From Chthonomonas sp. UBA2387 (lineage in GTDB: Bacteria > Armatimonadota > Fimbriimonadia > Fimbriimonadales > Fimbriimonadaceae): a DNA stretch of 64,000 bases. The notes under the pieces were generated by a model that saw only the letters and a program-made list of their open reading frames with translations, did not search any database and was not told where the DNA came from. Location of the stretch: the NCBI GenBank assembly GCA_002343445.1, contig DDSP01000049.1:300-64299 (forward strand). Reading direction: 5' to 3'. The position numbers and the translations under genes were made by a program. Shown here piece after piece: positions 9,020 to 21,865 of the stretch. Within the stretch, counting starts at the first letter, position 1. Every line of letters starts with the position of its first letter.

Positions 9020-9332
9020 TTGGTCGGGTGCGCGTCAGCGGCTCGCGGAGCTTGAAGCCGAGTCGCCCGGTTGGGCGTCTTTGGCCTCGATGACGATCGT
9101 GCTGGCCGTGGCGATGGCCGAGAGGCTGGGCGAAGACCTGGTCGCGGTTCGCGACGATGCGGCCCGCGCTTGCCTCGACGGCGGAGTGCCCGACACCGAG
9201 ACCGCCGCGTTCGCCTGCTCGATGGCGCAGGACGGCCTGCCGATGGAGTTTGCGGGTCAGGGCCGCTTGGCCGACGCCTACCGCGCCGTGCGGCCGCTGC
9301 TATCTCCCATACGGCACCCGCGCCATCTCTAG
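9006..9332 (+). CDS. Hypothetical protein overlapping the selA 3' end
   Basis: MSIYDWSGARQRLAELEAESPGW... (108 aa). The ATG at 9006 overlaps the selA stop region by 14 nt. No recognisable domain. Confidence 0.4.
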   Translation: MSIYDWSGARQRLAELEAESPGWASLASMTIVLAVAMAERLGEDLVAVRDDAARACLDGGVPDTETAAFACSMAQDGLPMEFAGQGRLADAYRAVRPLLSPIRHPRHL

Positions 9333-10303
9333 CCCCAGCGCTCGACCAACGCGTCCTGCAAGGCATCGGCGCGTTCGTCCACGCGTTGCCGGGCGGGGTC
9401 GGCGTCGTACCACGCCATGATCTCCCGCGCGCCTTGGCAGAAAGGAATGGACGCCCGCCAACCCGGAACCGCGCGCTTCACCTTCGTATTGTCGAACACC
9501 ATGCTGTTCGCCTTGTCCCCCAAGAGTCCCGGACCCCAGCCCGGATCGGCCTTGGCCAACGCGTCGGAGGGGACATGGACCTTGATGGCTTTCGTCCCAG
9601 CAGCGTCGGCGACGAGGTCGTAGATCTGGTTCCACGTCAGCCATTCGTCGGAGGTGATGTGGAACGCCTCGCCGATGGCGTGGCTGTTCCCCAACAACGG
9701 CACAAACGCCCGAGCGAAATCGGCGTGGTGGGTGAGCACCCAAAGCGACGTGCCGTCGCCATGCACCACCACAGGCTTGCCCCGACGCATGCGGTCCACC
9801 ACGGTCCAACCGTGATCGAACGGCAGGAGCGTCTGATCGTAGGTGTGCGACGGTCGGACGATCGTGTACGGGAAGCCGAATTCGCGGTAGGCGCGAACCA
9901 ACGCCTCTTCGCACGCGATCTTGTTGCGCGAATACTCCCAGTAAGGGTTTTGGAGCACGGTGGACTCGGTCACGGGCAGGCTCGAGGGCGGCGTCTGGTA
10001 GGCGCTCGCGCTGGAGATGAACACGAACTGCCGCGTGCGGTTGCGGAACACCTCGATGTCTTGGGCGATGTGGTCGGTGCCGAATGCGATCCAATCCACC
10101 ACGGCATCGAATTCCAAGTCGCCCAACGCCCGCTCGACGTCGGCCCGGTCGCGGATATCCGCCTGCAGCACCTGCGCGCCGGGCGGCACGGGCCGGTGCG
10201 AACGGCCCCGGTTGAGGAGATACAGGTCCATCCCCGATTCCAAAGCCAACGGAGAGCAAGCCGAGCTGATGATCCCGGTTCCGCCGATGAAGAGCACGCG
10301 CAT
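9329..10303 (-). CDS. NAD-dependent epimerase/dehydratase family (extended SDR) protein
   Basis: MRVLFIGGTGIISSACS is the Rossmann GxxGxxG motif. 324 aa with typical SDR length and layout. Confidence 0.85.
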   Translation of the reverse strand: MRVLFIGGTGIISSACSPLALESGMDLYLLNRGRSHRPVPPGAQVLQADIRDRADVERALGDLEFDAVVDWIAFGTDHIAQDIEVFRNRTRQFVFISSASAYQTPPSSLPVTESTVLQNPYWEYSRNKIACEEALVRAYREFGFPYTIVRPSHTYDQTLLPFDHGWTVVDRMRRGKPVVVHGDGTSLWVLTHHADFARAFVPLLGNSHAIGEAFHITSDEWLTWNQIYDLVADAAGTKAIKVHVPSDALAKADPGWGPGLLGDKANSMVFDNTKVKRAVPGWRASIPFCQGAREIMAWYDADPARQRVDERADALQDALVERWG

Positions 10304-10308
10304 GACCC

Positions 10309-11031
10309 GTGTTTACCCGCTGGTACGCTCTGACCATTGTGCCAAGCACCCCATCGCTGCGCATCGCAGAGGTTTTCGCCAGCATCCAGGGCGAGGGCCA
10401 ATGGGTCGGCGTGCCGTCCACGTTCATCCGCGTGAGCGGCTGCAACCTGCGTTGCGTCTGGTGCGATACGCCCTACGCGAGTTGGCGACCCGAGGGCCCC
10501 GTGGTCGACGTGACCGCGCTGGCCGACCGAGTGACGACCGATCACGTCGTCCTGACCGGCGGCGAACCGATGCTCTTCGATGCCATCGAACCGTTGGCGG
10601 GGCTGCTGCGCGAGCGGGGCAAGACGATCACCATCGAGACGGCGGGCACCATCCACCGCTCACTGCCCTGCGACTTGATGAGCATCTCGCCCAAACTGGC
10701 ACACTCCACACCCGGCCCCGAGGCGGGCGATTGGAGCGCGAGGCACGAGCGCGACCGACTCAACCTGGAGGCGTTGCGCCAGCTGACCCGCGATTACCAC
10801 CATCAACTCAAGTTCGTCGTGCGTGAGCCAGGCGACTTCGACGAGATCGAGGCGTTGTTGGAACAGATCGGCGGCATCACGCCGGGGAACGTGATGGTGA
10901 TGGCCGAGGGCACCGATGCCGACTCGGTGCGCGTGGCGATGCGTGAACTCGTCGAACCGTGTATGGCCCGAGGCTGGAGACTGACCCCCCGGTTGCACCT
11001 CGACCTGTTCGGCAACACCCGCGGCACTTAG
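10309..11031 (+). CDS. queE: 7-carboxy-7-deazaguanine synthase (radical SAM)
   Basis: IAEVFASIQGEGQWVGVPSTFIRVSGCNLRCVWCDTPYASW is the QueE signature, including the CxxxCxxC-type cluster motif. Confidence 0.85.
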   Translation: MFTRWYALTIVPSTPSLRIAEVFASIQGEGQWVGVPSTFIRVSGCNLRCVWCDTPYASWRPEGPVVDVTALADRVTTDHVVLTGGEPMLFDAIEPLAGLLRERGKTITIETAGTIHRSLPCDLMSISPKLAHSTPGPEAGDWSARHERDRLNLEALRQLTRDYHHQLKFVVREPGDFDEIEALLEQIGGITPGNVMVMAEGTDADSVRVAMRELVEPCMARGWRLTPRLHLDLFGNTRGT

Positions 11032-11060
11032 CCGGGACAGAAGGAGCGTGCCCGACGGGC

Positions 11061-11255
11061 TTACTCTGCCGAGTCGGCCTTCGTGGTCTTCTTCTTCGCG
11101 GGAGCCTTCTTGGCGGTCTCGGCCTTCTTTGGCGCGGCCTTCGGCTTGGAGGCCTTGGCTTCGGCGCTGGCGGCGATGGCCGTTCGCTTCAGGGCCTTGA
11201 TGGCTTGCTCTTTGCGATGGCGGCGCGTTCTCAGTTCTTTGTTGCGGATTCTCAC
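11061..11255 (-). CDS. Small Lys/Ala-rich basic protein (histone-H1-like tail)
   Basis: MRIRNKELRTRRHRKEQAIKALKRTAIAASAEAKASKPKAAPKKAETAKKAPAKKKTTKADSAE. Composition only, no family assignment. Confidence 0.45.
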   Translation of the reverse strand: MRIRNKELRTRRHRKEQAIKALKRTAIAASAEAKASKPKAAPKKAETAKKAPAKKKTTKADSAE

Positions 11256-11307
11256 AGTGGTGCGTCCTGTCGAAATGAAGAAGCCTTCCTTCTGGAAGGC
11301 GTATGCC

Positions 11308-12318
11308 CTAATGTACCCGCTCGTGAACGCGGGGAGCGTGCTCGGAAGCGAGTGCGCTCAGGTCGGCGCTCACGGGCAAGCGTGCTCCGAGGTGCGCCAC
11401 CACGCGCGCCGCACTCGCGACGGCCAACTTCGCCGCCTGATCGGGGTGCCAATCGCGCGCCAAGCCGTAGATCAAACCGGCCGAGAACATATCGCCCGCA
11501 CCCGTTCGATCCACTGCTCGAACCCTCGCAGCCGGGATTGATGCGACCGAACCCGCTGCGCCGACCAACGCCCCTTGGGAGCCGAGCGTCACTGCGGCGA
11601 TACGCCCACCTTCGGACAGCAGCGTGGCCGCCTCGTCCGCCGTCCCACACTCCGTGAGCAAGCAGGCTTCCTGCTCGTTCGCGATGACCACGTGGGCGTG
11701 CAGGGCGCAAAACTCGGCCAGCGGCTCGCGAAGGCGCTCGACCACCCCTGCATCGCAGAGCGACAATGCGATCCGCACCCCATTGGCCTGGGCATGCCGA
11801 ACCGCCGCGCGCGTCGCCGCATTCGGGCCGTTCTCGTCGAACAGGTAAGACGTCAGATACAGGAATCGGCTCTCAGCAAGATGGTTCAAATCGAGGTCCC
11901 GCTCGCCGAGGAGTGTGCTCGCGCCAAGATAGGTGACCATCGTGCGCTGGGCGTCGGGCGTGACCAGGACGATGCAGATGCCCGTCTCGGTGGGACTGGT
12001 TGGGAGGTTTGCGGTCACGCGGCGCGTCCGAAGACCTTCGGCGTACAAGCGCCCATGCTCGTCTTCGCCCACCCGTCCAGCGAACGCCGCCTTGCCGCCG
12101 AGTTGGACGATGCCGATCGCCGTGTTGGCACCCGAGCCACCCGACTCGGCGTTCACGATGTGCTCGTAAATGCGCGGCACCAAGGTGCGTTGAACCTCGT
12201 GGTCCACCATGTGCGCGCCACCCTTGGAAAAGCCGAGCGAGTGGAGAAGGTCGTCTCCCACCTCCGCCTGAATGTCATACAGCGGATTGCAGATCGAATA
12301 GAGATCGTAGGAGCCCAT
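11308..12318 (-). CDS. PfkB-family carbohydrate/adenosine kinase
   Basis: This is the real gene inside the composite 771-aa track ORF. The start is MGSYDLYSICNPLYDIQ (ATG at complement 12316-12318). The ESGGSGANTA and DRTGAGDMFSAGLIYGL (DTxGAGD) motifs are present. It neighbours metF and ahcY. Confidence 0.8.
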   Translation of the reverse strand: MGSYDLYSICNPLYDIQAEVGDDLLHSLGFSKGGAHMVDHEVQRTLVPRIYEHIVNAESGGSGANTAIGIVQLGGKAAFAGRVGEDEHGRLYAEGLRTRRVTANLPTSPTETGICIVLVTPDAQRTMVTYLGASTLLGERDLDLNHLAESRFLYLTSYLFDENGPNAATRAAVRHAQANGVRIALSLCDAGVVERLREPLAEFCALHAHVVIANEQEACLLTECGTADEAATLLSEGGRIAAVTLGSQGALVGAAGSVASIPAARVRAVDRTGAGDMFSAGLIYGLARDWHPDQAAKLAVASAARVVAHLGARLPVSADLSALASEHAPRVHERVH

Positions 12319-12419
12319 GGCACACGGACGGAACCACAAGAATTGCGGTTCTGAGGTCAATATTATGGCCGAGATCAGGACAATTCCAACGCCCCAAAGC
12401 TGAATAATGCGGATTCCCG

Positions 12420-14569
<2,150 letters not shown>

Positions 14570-14586
14570 TCTAGCCAGACTGTTGC

Positions 14587-14611
14587 TTGGAGGGCACGCT
14601 GTGTCGTGCCC
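14587..14611. repeat. REP-like hairpin unit (single, variant copy)
   Basis: ttggagggcacgctgtgtcgtgccc has the same architecture (GGAGGG, a 7-bp stem GGGCACG/CGTGCCC, and a loop) as the units at 1863, 28121 and 62381. It lies in the intergenic region after ahcY. Confidence 0.6.
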
Positions 14612-14666
14612 ACTGGCGTTGCCATAGCGGGACAGCAACCGACCAAGGCGTCTTGCAGTAATGTAA

Positions 14667-15983
14667 GTGATCATGGTCGCACTTGTGGCCCTCGTTCTGC
14701 TGGTTCAGACGCACGATGTCGTCGGTTCCTACCGAGCCGACATTGCCTCGGCTCCCAAGAAGTCGCGAGGCGTCTTTGAGGCGATCTACGGCAGCACGAT
14801 CCTGCGCATCGCACCCGACGGGACTTTTCAGAACTACATTGGTCACGAGTCTTGGGGCGGCTTCTGGCGACACGAAGGCGACCGCGTGATCCTGATCAAC
14901 CAGGGCTTCCTCACTATTCCCTTCCCAATCCCGGACGACGTGTTGCGGGCATCGACGCCCAAGAACCACGGGGAAGGTCTGCTATTGAGGGTGGGCGCAG
15001 GAGGCACACTGGTGCTCTCGGAATTCGGCGCAGTCACAGGTCCCTTGGTCTTCAGGATACTGCCCCGGCGCAGCACGCTCGAACTGCTGCGTCTCGCAAG
15101 TTCCGACGAGGTTACAGGCGAGAGCAGCGACGCTTACGAGACGCTCGTTGCGGATGCCTCGCGCGTGGACGAACTCCTAGGTTTCGTGAACGACGGGCGT
15201 CAATCGTTTGACATTCGCTTCTGGGCGGCGGCTGCAATGGACAGCGTGCGCGACGCTGCACAAATGCCCCGCTTGATGCCCTTCCTCCGAGATCTGAAGC
15301 AAGGGCGTCTTACCGAACGAGAACACACCTCGCTACGGAGATACATCTGGAATTGCCTTTGCAGACGCGCGACCGTTCCTATTGCCAGGGCCCTTCGGAG
15401 CGCCTCGACGGGGGCCCCGTACGAGCGTGCCAATCTAGCGCGGGCCTATGGCCGAGCACGGTTAGATGAAGGGCTGGCGGAGTTGACGGAGTGGCTGGGC
15501 GACGAGACCCCTTCGGTGCGCCGGGAGTCGTGCAACGCGCTACGCCTGCTGGCCGCTCGCGATCGTCTGCCCGAGTTGCGTCGGGTGCGCTCCGACCCGG
15601 ACGTCTCGGTGGCGGTCGCAGCGCACCACGCGGTCATCGCCCTTTCGCCCGACCCGGAGGAACGGGCTCATGCCGTTGCGGACGTGGCCAAGTTGCTCCG
15701 CGCCGACGCCTACCTTGAGCGCAGCGTGGTCGAGGCGATTGCCAGCGACCCGGTGGCAGGCGTTCCGCATCTGGCCAACCTGCTTGAGAACGACCCGGAT
15801 CTGGAGGTTCGTCGCTACGCGGTCGATCACCTTGGCGAAATCAGTTCTCCGGCCGCCATCCACGCCTTGATGATGGCAAATCCTGGCTCCTCGCCAGCGA
15901 CACGGAGCCGTACGAATTCGATCCGGACCCAGGGTTGCCCCGACGCCTCTGGGATGAGGGGCACAGGGAGTATGCCGAGTTGA
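14667..15983 (+). pseudogene. HEAT-repeat protein with N-terminal TM; probable frameshift near 15868
   Basis: HEAT-like repeats are present (PSVRRESCNALRLLA, DVSVAVAAHHAVIAL, DLEVRRYAVDHLGEISSPAAIHAL). After ...AIHALMM the frame reads as junk. The +1 frame continues protein-like (DDGKSWLLASDTEPYEFDPDPGLPRRLWDEGHREYAELRKALVEALWSLSKKRR*) to 16033. The switch point sits in the repeat tgatgatgg. Confidence 0.55.
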
Positions 15984-16087
15984 GGAAGGCGCTGGTCGAA
16001 GCGCTCTGGTCGCTCTCGAAGAAGCGCCGTTGACCCGAGCCCGAGTCAACTCACTTGACCGTCTAGGAGGGCGGTATCGTCAGGTAC

Positions 16088-16333
16088 ATGGTCACCATCT
16101 ATGTTGCCGAGCGTAGGGCCAACCTCCCTAAGTACTTGGAGATGGTGGCGCGCGGGGAGCGGGTGGTCATCTACGGCGGCAAGGTTCCGATCGCCGAGCT
16201 ACGCGCGACACAGCATTCGACGCACACCCAGCCACGCCAGTTCGGCTTTGCCGAAGGGTGGATATTGTCCGGGCTCGAGTCCTTGGACGAGCCCTGGACA
16301 GAGGAGGACCTGGGCTTGGAGATAGGGCTCTGA
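16088..16333 (+). CDS. Phd/YefM-like type II antitoxin-family protein (orphan)
   Basis: 81 aa. MVTIYVAERRANLPKYLEMVARGERVVIYGGKVPIAELR resembles the prevent-host-death antitoxin N-terminus. No toxin ORF follows, because the next gene is the convergent atpG. Confidence 0.5.
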   Translation: MVTIYVAERRANLPKYLEMVARGERVVIYGGKVPIAELRATQHSTHTQPRQFGFAEGWILSGLESLDEPWTEEDLGLEIGL

Positions 16334-16350
16334 ACAGCGGGCGTCTAGCC

Positions 16351-17211
16351 TCAGCCCTTGAGGGCTTCGGCGCCGCCGACCACTTCCAGGATTTCCTTGG
16401 TGATCGAGGCTTGCCGTTCGCGGTTCGCGCGCAACGTGAGCGAGTGGATCATCTTGCCCGCGTTGTCGGTCGCGCTGGTCATGGCCGTCATCCGCGAGCC
16501 ATGCTCCGAGGCCGTGGCCTCCAGCATCGCTTGCCAGACCACCGTGAGCAGGTAGCGGGGCAACAGTGCGCCCAGAATGGAAGCTGCTTCCGGCTCGAAC
16601 ACATAGTCCGAGGTACCCGAGACGCCTTCTTCCGCGGGCGGGGGCGTGATGGGCAGCAACTGCACCACCTGCGGCGTCTGCCGAATGGCAGAATAGAACT
16701 TGGAGTAAGCGACGTAGACCGCGTCCACCTCGCCCGACAGGAACATCTGCTTGCAGTGCTCGGCCACGGCCACGGCATCTTCCAGCCGAGCACCGGACGA
16801 AGGCACGGTCACGTTGAGCGACACAGCGTAGCCACGCTTCGAAAGGAACTGGTTCCCCTTCTTGCCCACGGTCACCAGGGTGGCGGCCTCGTTCTTGGAA
16901 CGAAGGAAGTCCCACGCCTTGCGGATGATGTTCGTGTTGTACGAACCCGCAAGGCCTCGATCGGAAGACAGGACGATGAGGGCGTACTTCTGAACGGGGC
17001 GGACCTGCATCAGCGGATCGCTCGGCAGCTCTCCGGCACGCGAGAGCGACGACATCAGGTCGTAAAGTTTCTCGCTGTAGGGACGTGCCTCCAAAACGCG
17101 GTCGGTCGCCTTCTTCAGGCGCGCCGCAGCCACCAGCTTCATCGCTTTCGTGATCTGCTGGATGTTCTTGGCGCTTCGGATGCGCGCGCGGATCTGCTTC
17201 AGTGAGGCCAT
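16351..17211 (-). CDS. atpG: F-type ATP synthase gamma subunit
   Basis: MASLKQIRARIRSAKNIQQITKAMKLVAAARL... and a C-terminal ITKEILEVVGGAEAL. Confidence 0.95.
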   Translation of the reverse strand: MASLKQIRARIRSAKNIQQITKAMKLVAAARLKKATDRVLEARPYSEKLYDLMSSLSRAGELPSDPLMQVRPVQKYALIVLSSDRGLAGSYNTNIIRKAWDFLRSKNEAATLVTVGKKGNQFLSKRGYAVSLNVTVPSSGARLEDAVAVAEHCKQMFLSGEVDAVYVAYSKFYSAIRQTPQVVQLLPITPPPAEEGVSGTSDYVFEPEAASILGALLPRYLLTVVWQAMLEATASEHGSRMTAMTSATDNAGKMIHSLTLRANRERQASITKEILEVVGGAEALKG

Positions 17212-17214
17212 GGC

Positions 17215-18738
<1,524 letters not shown>

Positions 18739-18756
18739 GGGTGAAACCTAGGGATT

Positions 18757-19305
18757 CTATGCGGATCGCAATTCGGACTTGAGCTTGTCGCGCAATCGCG
18801 CCAGCCGTCCGCGTACCGTCCCATCCAGGACGAAATTGTCGTAGGCGACGCGAATGCCGCCGATCATGTTGGGGTCGAGTTCGTACTCGGCCTCGATGCG
18901 CTTGCCGGTCTGGGCGCCGAGCTTCTCCAAGAGCTTGCTCCGGACATCGTCTGGGACATCGGCCCGCGAAGAGACCTTGACGTGCAACACGTTGTCGTGC
19001 TCGCGTCGCAGGTCTTGGAACTTGGCGTACATCGGGCGCATCTCGGCCTCTCGGCGCTTGTCCACCATCAGGCGCAGGGCCTGAAGGACGAGCGGCGAAA
19101 CGCTGCCGCCGAAAACCAAAGCCAGCAGCTCCGACTTCTTGCGACGATCCGAGACCGGACTCATCAGAAAGGCATGCAAGGCAGGATGCCCCTCGATGGA
19201 GGCGAGCACCTCGCCCAGATCGTTTTCGACCTGGCCGATCGCTCCCGCCTTCTCAGCCGCGTTGAACAGGGCTTGGGCGTACCGTCCGGCGACGCGCTGG
19301 TCCAT
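18757..19305 (-). CDS. atpH: F-type ATP synthase delta (OSCP) subunit
   Basis: VAGRYAQALFNAAEK... and a C-terminal IGGIRVAYDNFVLDGTVRGRL. Operon position also fits. Confidence 0.9.
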   Translation of the reverse strand: MDQRVAGRYAQALFNAAEKAGAIGQVENDLGEVLASIEGHPALHAFLMSPVSDRRKKSELLALVFGGSVSPLVLQALRLMVDKRREAEMRPMYAKFQDLRREHDNVLHVKVSSRADVPDDVRSKLLEKLGAQTGKRIEAEYELDPNMIGGIRVAYDNFVLDGTVRGRLARLRDKLKSELRSA

Positions 19306-19308
19306 GGT

Positions 19309-19929
19309 TTAGCGCGGGGCCTCCACGGTTTCCAGAAAGTCGGCGACCAGCTTCCGGTTGCGCTCTTCGTCCACGTTGGCTTCGACGAGCTTCTCCGTGG
19401 CCTGCAGCGCCAACTCGACGACGTAGTGGCGCAATTCGGCGATCGCCTGTTGCTTCTGGGCCTCGATCTCGCGGGCCGCGCTGGCTTTGAGTTCCTCGGC
19501 CTTGACGCCGGCTTCCGCCATCATCTGCTGGCGAAGGCTCTGCGCCTCTTTGATCTGGCCTTGGATCTGTTCCCGCGCGTCGGCCTCGGTCTGAACCAGT
19601 CGCCGTTCGTAGTCCTGCTTCATCTGCGTCATTTCTGCGCGCAGATTCTCCGCCTCGCCGAACGTGCGTTCCAGTTCCGTCGTGCGGTTCTGGATGGCTT
19701 CCGCGAGCGGAGCGATGAAGAAGAACTTGATGACGGGGAACAGGATCAGCAGAACGCCGATGATGGAGATCGTCTTGCCCGGATCGAGGGGGATGCCCTG
19801 CGCTTCGAGCGTCTTGATGAACTCCAGCTTGACGTTCTTCGAGAACCAGAAGCCTCCGAACATCAGAACGGCGCCGACGATGATGCCGACGATGGCTGGA
19901 GGTCCTGACGATTGCTTCGCGTTGCTCAT
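19309..19929 (-). CDS. atpF: F-type ATP synthase b subunit
   Basis: N-terminal TM followed by a long charged coiled coil, in the expected operon position. The start is set at the ATG at complement 19927-19929 (MSNAKQSS...). Confidence 0.8.
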   Translation of the reverse strand: MSNAKQSSGPPAIVGIIVGAVLMFGGFWFSKNVKLEFIKTLEAQGIPLDPGKTISIIGVLLILFPVIKFFFIAPLAEAIQNRTTELERTFGEAENLRAEMTQMKQDYERRLVQTEADAREQIQGQIKEAQSLRQQMMAEAGVKAEELKASAAREIEAQKQQAIAELRHYVVELALQATEKLVEANVDEERNRKLVADFLETVEAPR

Positions 19930-19987
19930 GGTGATTGGCGCGCTTCCGGCGGCTCGACGCCCCGGAAGCGCGGACTCCAAGGGGGAA

Positions 19988-20200
19988 CTAGATCTTCAGC
20001 GAGCCGGGCACGATGAAGACGGTCAGCAGGAAGACCAACTCGACAAAGGCCAGGGCGATGAGCATCGCGACCTGAATCTTGCCGATGGCTTCGGGCTGCC
20101 GGGACATACCCTGCATCGCGCCGTTGCCGATCATGCCGAGACCGATGCCGACGCCCAGCGCGGCGAGTCCGATTCCGAGACCAAAAATGTGACCAGTCAT
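19988..20200 (-). CDS. atpE: F-type ATP synthase c subunit
   Basis: [38 protein letters not shown]...[11 protein letters not shown] has the Gly-rich helix 1, the RQPE loop and the carboxylate helix. An AGGAGG sequence lies upstream of the ATG at complement 20198-20200. Confidence 0.9.
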   Translation of the reverse strand: MTGHIFGLGIGLAALGVGIGLGMIGNGAMQGMSRQPEAIGKIQVAMLIALAFVELVFLLTVFIVPGSLKI

Positions 20201-20264
20201 TGTCTTTGCTTGTTTCCTCCTGATCGGGCCGGGGCCGAGCCCAGACACCGCCAGTCATTCATTG

Positions 20265-21083
20265 TCAGTGGGCCGGCGCGACCTCCGCGTGACCCGCTTC
20301 CGCCTCATGGCCGTGACCGTGGTCGTCGTCGTGGTGGGTCACCAGCGACAGATACACGGCGGTCAGGAGACAGAAAATCATGGCTTGCACCACCACCGTG
20401 AGGAGCTTGATGGGCAAGAGGAACGCGCCGAACGGGACGTAGATCCCCGCTCCAAGCGTGTTCATGGCTTCGGCGGCGCGGTGGCCACCGTCGATGTTTC
20501 CAAAGAGTCGCAACGAGAGCGACACGTTCTTCATCAGTTCGCTGACGATCTCGATGACGAAGATGATGGGCGAGATCAGCAACGCCAGGAAGCCGCCGAG
20601 CTTCGGCCCGGCGAAGTGGCCCAGGTGGCCGAACAGACCGTTCGCCCGGATGCCCTCGTACTGGACGTAGGCGACCGAGACGAGGGCCAGCCCGAGATTG
20701 AAACTGAGGTCGGCGGTCGGCGATGTGGGGAAGAAGAGCGCAAGGAGGTTGCCGCTGAACACCAACATCCACATCGTCATGATCATCGGCACGTAACGGC
20801 GCCCGTGAGCTCCGATCGTCCCGACGCACATGTTCTCGATGAACAAATAGACCTGCTCGAAGAGCTGAGTGAGCTTGTTCGTGAAGAACCGGTTGTTCAG
20901 CCCCTTCTTGGCCTGGGCCATCAGAACGAACAGCGTCCCCACGACGATCGCCACATAGACCAGCAACCCCTCCCAACTCACCCACGCATGGCCATCGCCG
21001 TGATCGCCGCCGTGGCTTTCGGCCCCGTGAGGCTCCTCCACAGACGCGATGAGTTGGCTTGATTGTGTGATCCAGTCGCCCAT
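20265..21083 (-). CDS. atpB: F-type ATP synthase a subunit
   Basis: 272 aa polytopic protein. LSLRLFGNI contains the conserved Arg region of subunit a. Confidence 0.9.
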   Translation of the reverse strand: MGDWITQSSQLIASVEEPHGAESHGGDHGDGHAWVSWEGLLVYVAIVVGTLFVLMAQAKKGLNNRFFTNKLTQLFEQVYLFIENMCVGTIGAHGRRYVPMIMTMWMLVFSGNLLALFFPTSPTADLSFNLGLALVSVAYVQYEGIRANGLFGHLGHFAGPKLGGFLALLISPIIFVIEIVSELMKNVSLSLRLFGNIDGGHRAAEAMNTLGAGIYVPFGAFLLPIKLLTVVVQAMIFCLLTAVYLSLVTHHDDDHGHGHEAEAGHAEVAPAH

Positions 21084-21104
21084 AGACGCAGAAAAAGCGG
21101 GGGA

Positions 21105-21494
21105 CTAGCTTTGCGCCAGCACCCACCCGACCAGCGCCGAGTATACCAGCCCAAGCCCCATCAAAAAGCAACACGGGGCCATGCCCCCGATTCGCCCCGC
21201 CACCAGCCATGCCACCCAGAGCAGGGGGATCTTGAACAAGAACGCCCCGATCAGCACGAATTGCATCGCCGCCGAAGGCGGACGGTCCCGGCACCAGTCG
21301 CCCAAGAGCCGCACCACGCCCCACAGCGCCAGAATGCTGAACGTCGTGGCGAACAGCCCGAGCGCCATCCCGTATGCGCCCTGCGGGCCAGAAACGTAAC
21401 CCGACGCAACGCACGCAGAAACCGCCGAGGCGACCCACGTCCGCCAATCCAACAGCGCCGCCCGCCACCCGCGCCGCTCAACGTTGGTTGACAT
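21105..21494 (-). CDS. ATP synthase protein I-like small membrane protein
   Basis: 129 aa, four hydrophobic segments, directly upstream of atpB. Confidence 0.5.
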   Translation of the reverse strand: MSTNVERRGWRAALLDWRTWVASAVSACVASGYVSGPQGAYGMALGLFATTFSILALWGVVRLLGDWCRDRPPSAAMQFVLIGAFLFKIPLLWVAWLVAGRIGGMAPCCFLMGLGLVYSALVGWVLAQS

Positions 21495-21837
21495 ACTTCA
21501 CCGACTTCCAAGCCGCCAACGCGATCGCCAGAACGCACGCCACCAAGGTCAGGATGGGCGTCCACCCACGAATCCCGGCGTTCTCCAGGAGCCAACCCAC
21601 TCCATAACCGGCAAGCGGCAAACCAAGGATCGTGTACGCAAGGCTGAGACCGATACCCGCGCCTCGGACGGATTCCGCATCCGAGGCCCGCTCCGCTCGA
21701 ACCGCGGCCTGCTCGGTCTCGTGGACTTCCCTGCGTGCGCGCGTCTTGGCCTCGAACGCGGCGAGCCGCGCCTCCAGTTCGGGGTCCAGGTCGGGCATTT
21801 CCGGTTGCGGGGTCTTCGGAGCGTCGCCGTCCGTCAT
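21478..21837 (-). CDS. AtpZ/AtpI-family small membrane protein
   Basis: A charged N-terminus followed by two TM helices (GIGLSLAYTILGLPLAGYGVGWLL, ILTLVACVLAIALAAW). It is the first gene of the atp operon. The start is set at the ATG at complement 21835-21837. Confidence 0.5.
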   Translation of the reverse strand: MTDGDAPKTPQPEMPDLDPELEARLAAFEAKTRARREVHETEQAAVRAERASDAESVRGAGIGLSLAYTILGLPLAGYGVGWLLENAGIRGWTPILTLVACVLAIALAAWKSVKYVNQR

Positions 21838-21865
21838 ACTTCCTATAGGGTACACGAACCGACGC

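Noticed and set aside
10304-10308. preQ1 riboswitch upstream of queE, and a SAH riboswitch upstream of ahcY (13278-13282).
   Set aside because: The intergenic spaces are only about 5 nt, with no room for a structured leader.
11036-11060. Degenerate REP copy or terminator between queE and the small basic protein (shares cgtgcccgacgg with the unit at 28138-28149).
   Set aside because: Only a 12-nt match. The local hairpin (gcccg-a-cgggc) has a 1-nt loop and cannot form as drawn, so this is probably coincidence in GC-rich DNA.
21838-21865. The 28-nt divergent gap between the atpZ-like gene and recG as an unusual shared promoter.
   Set aside because: More likely one or both start codons are mis-set: the atpZ-like N-terminus is unconserved and recG has alternative starts. 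There is no independent evidence.
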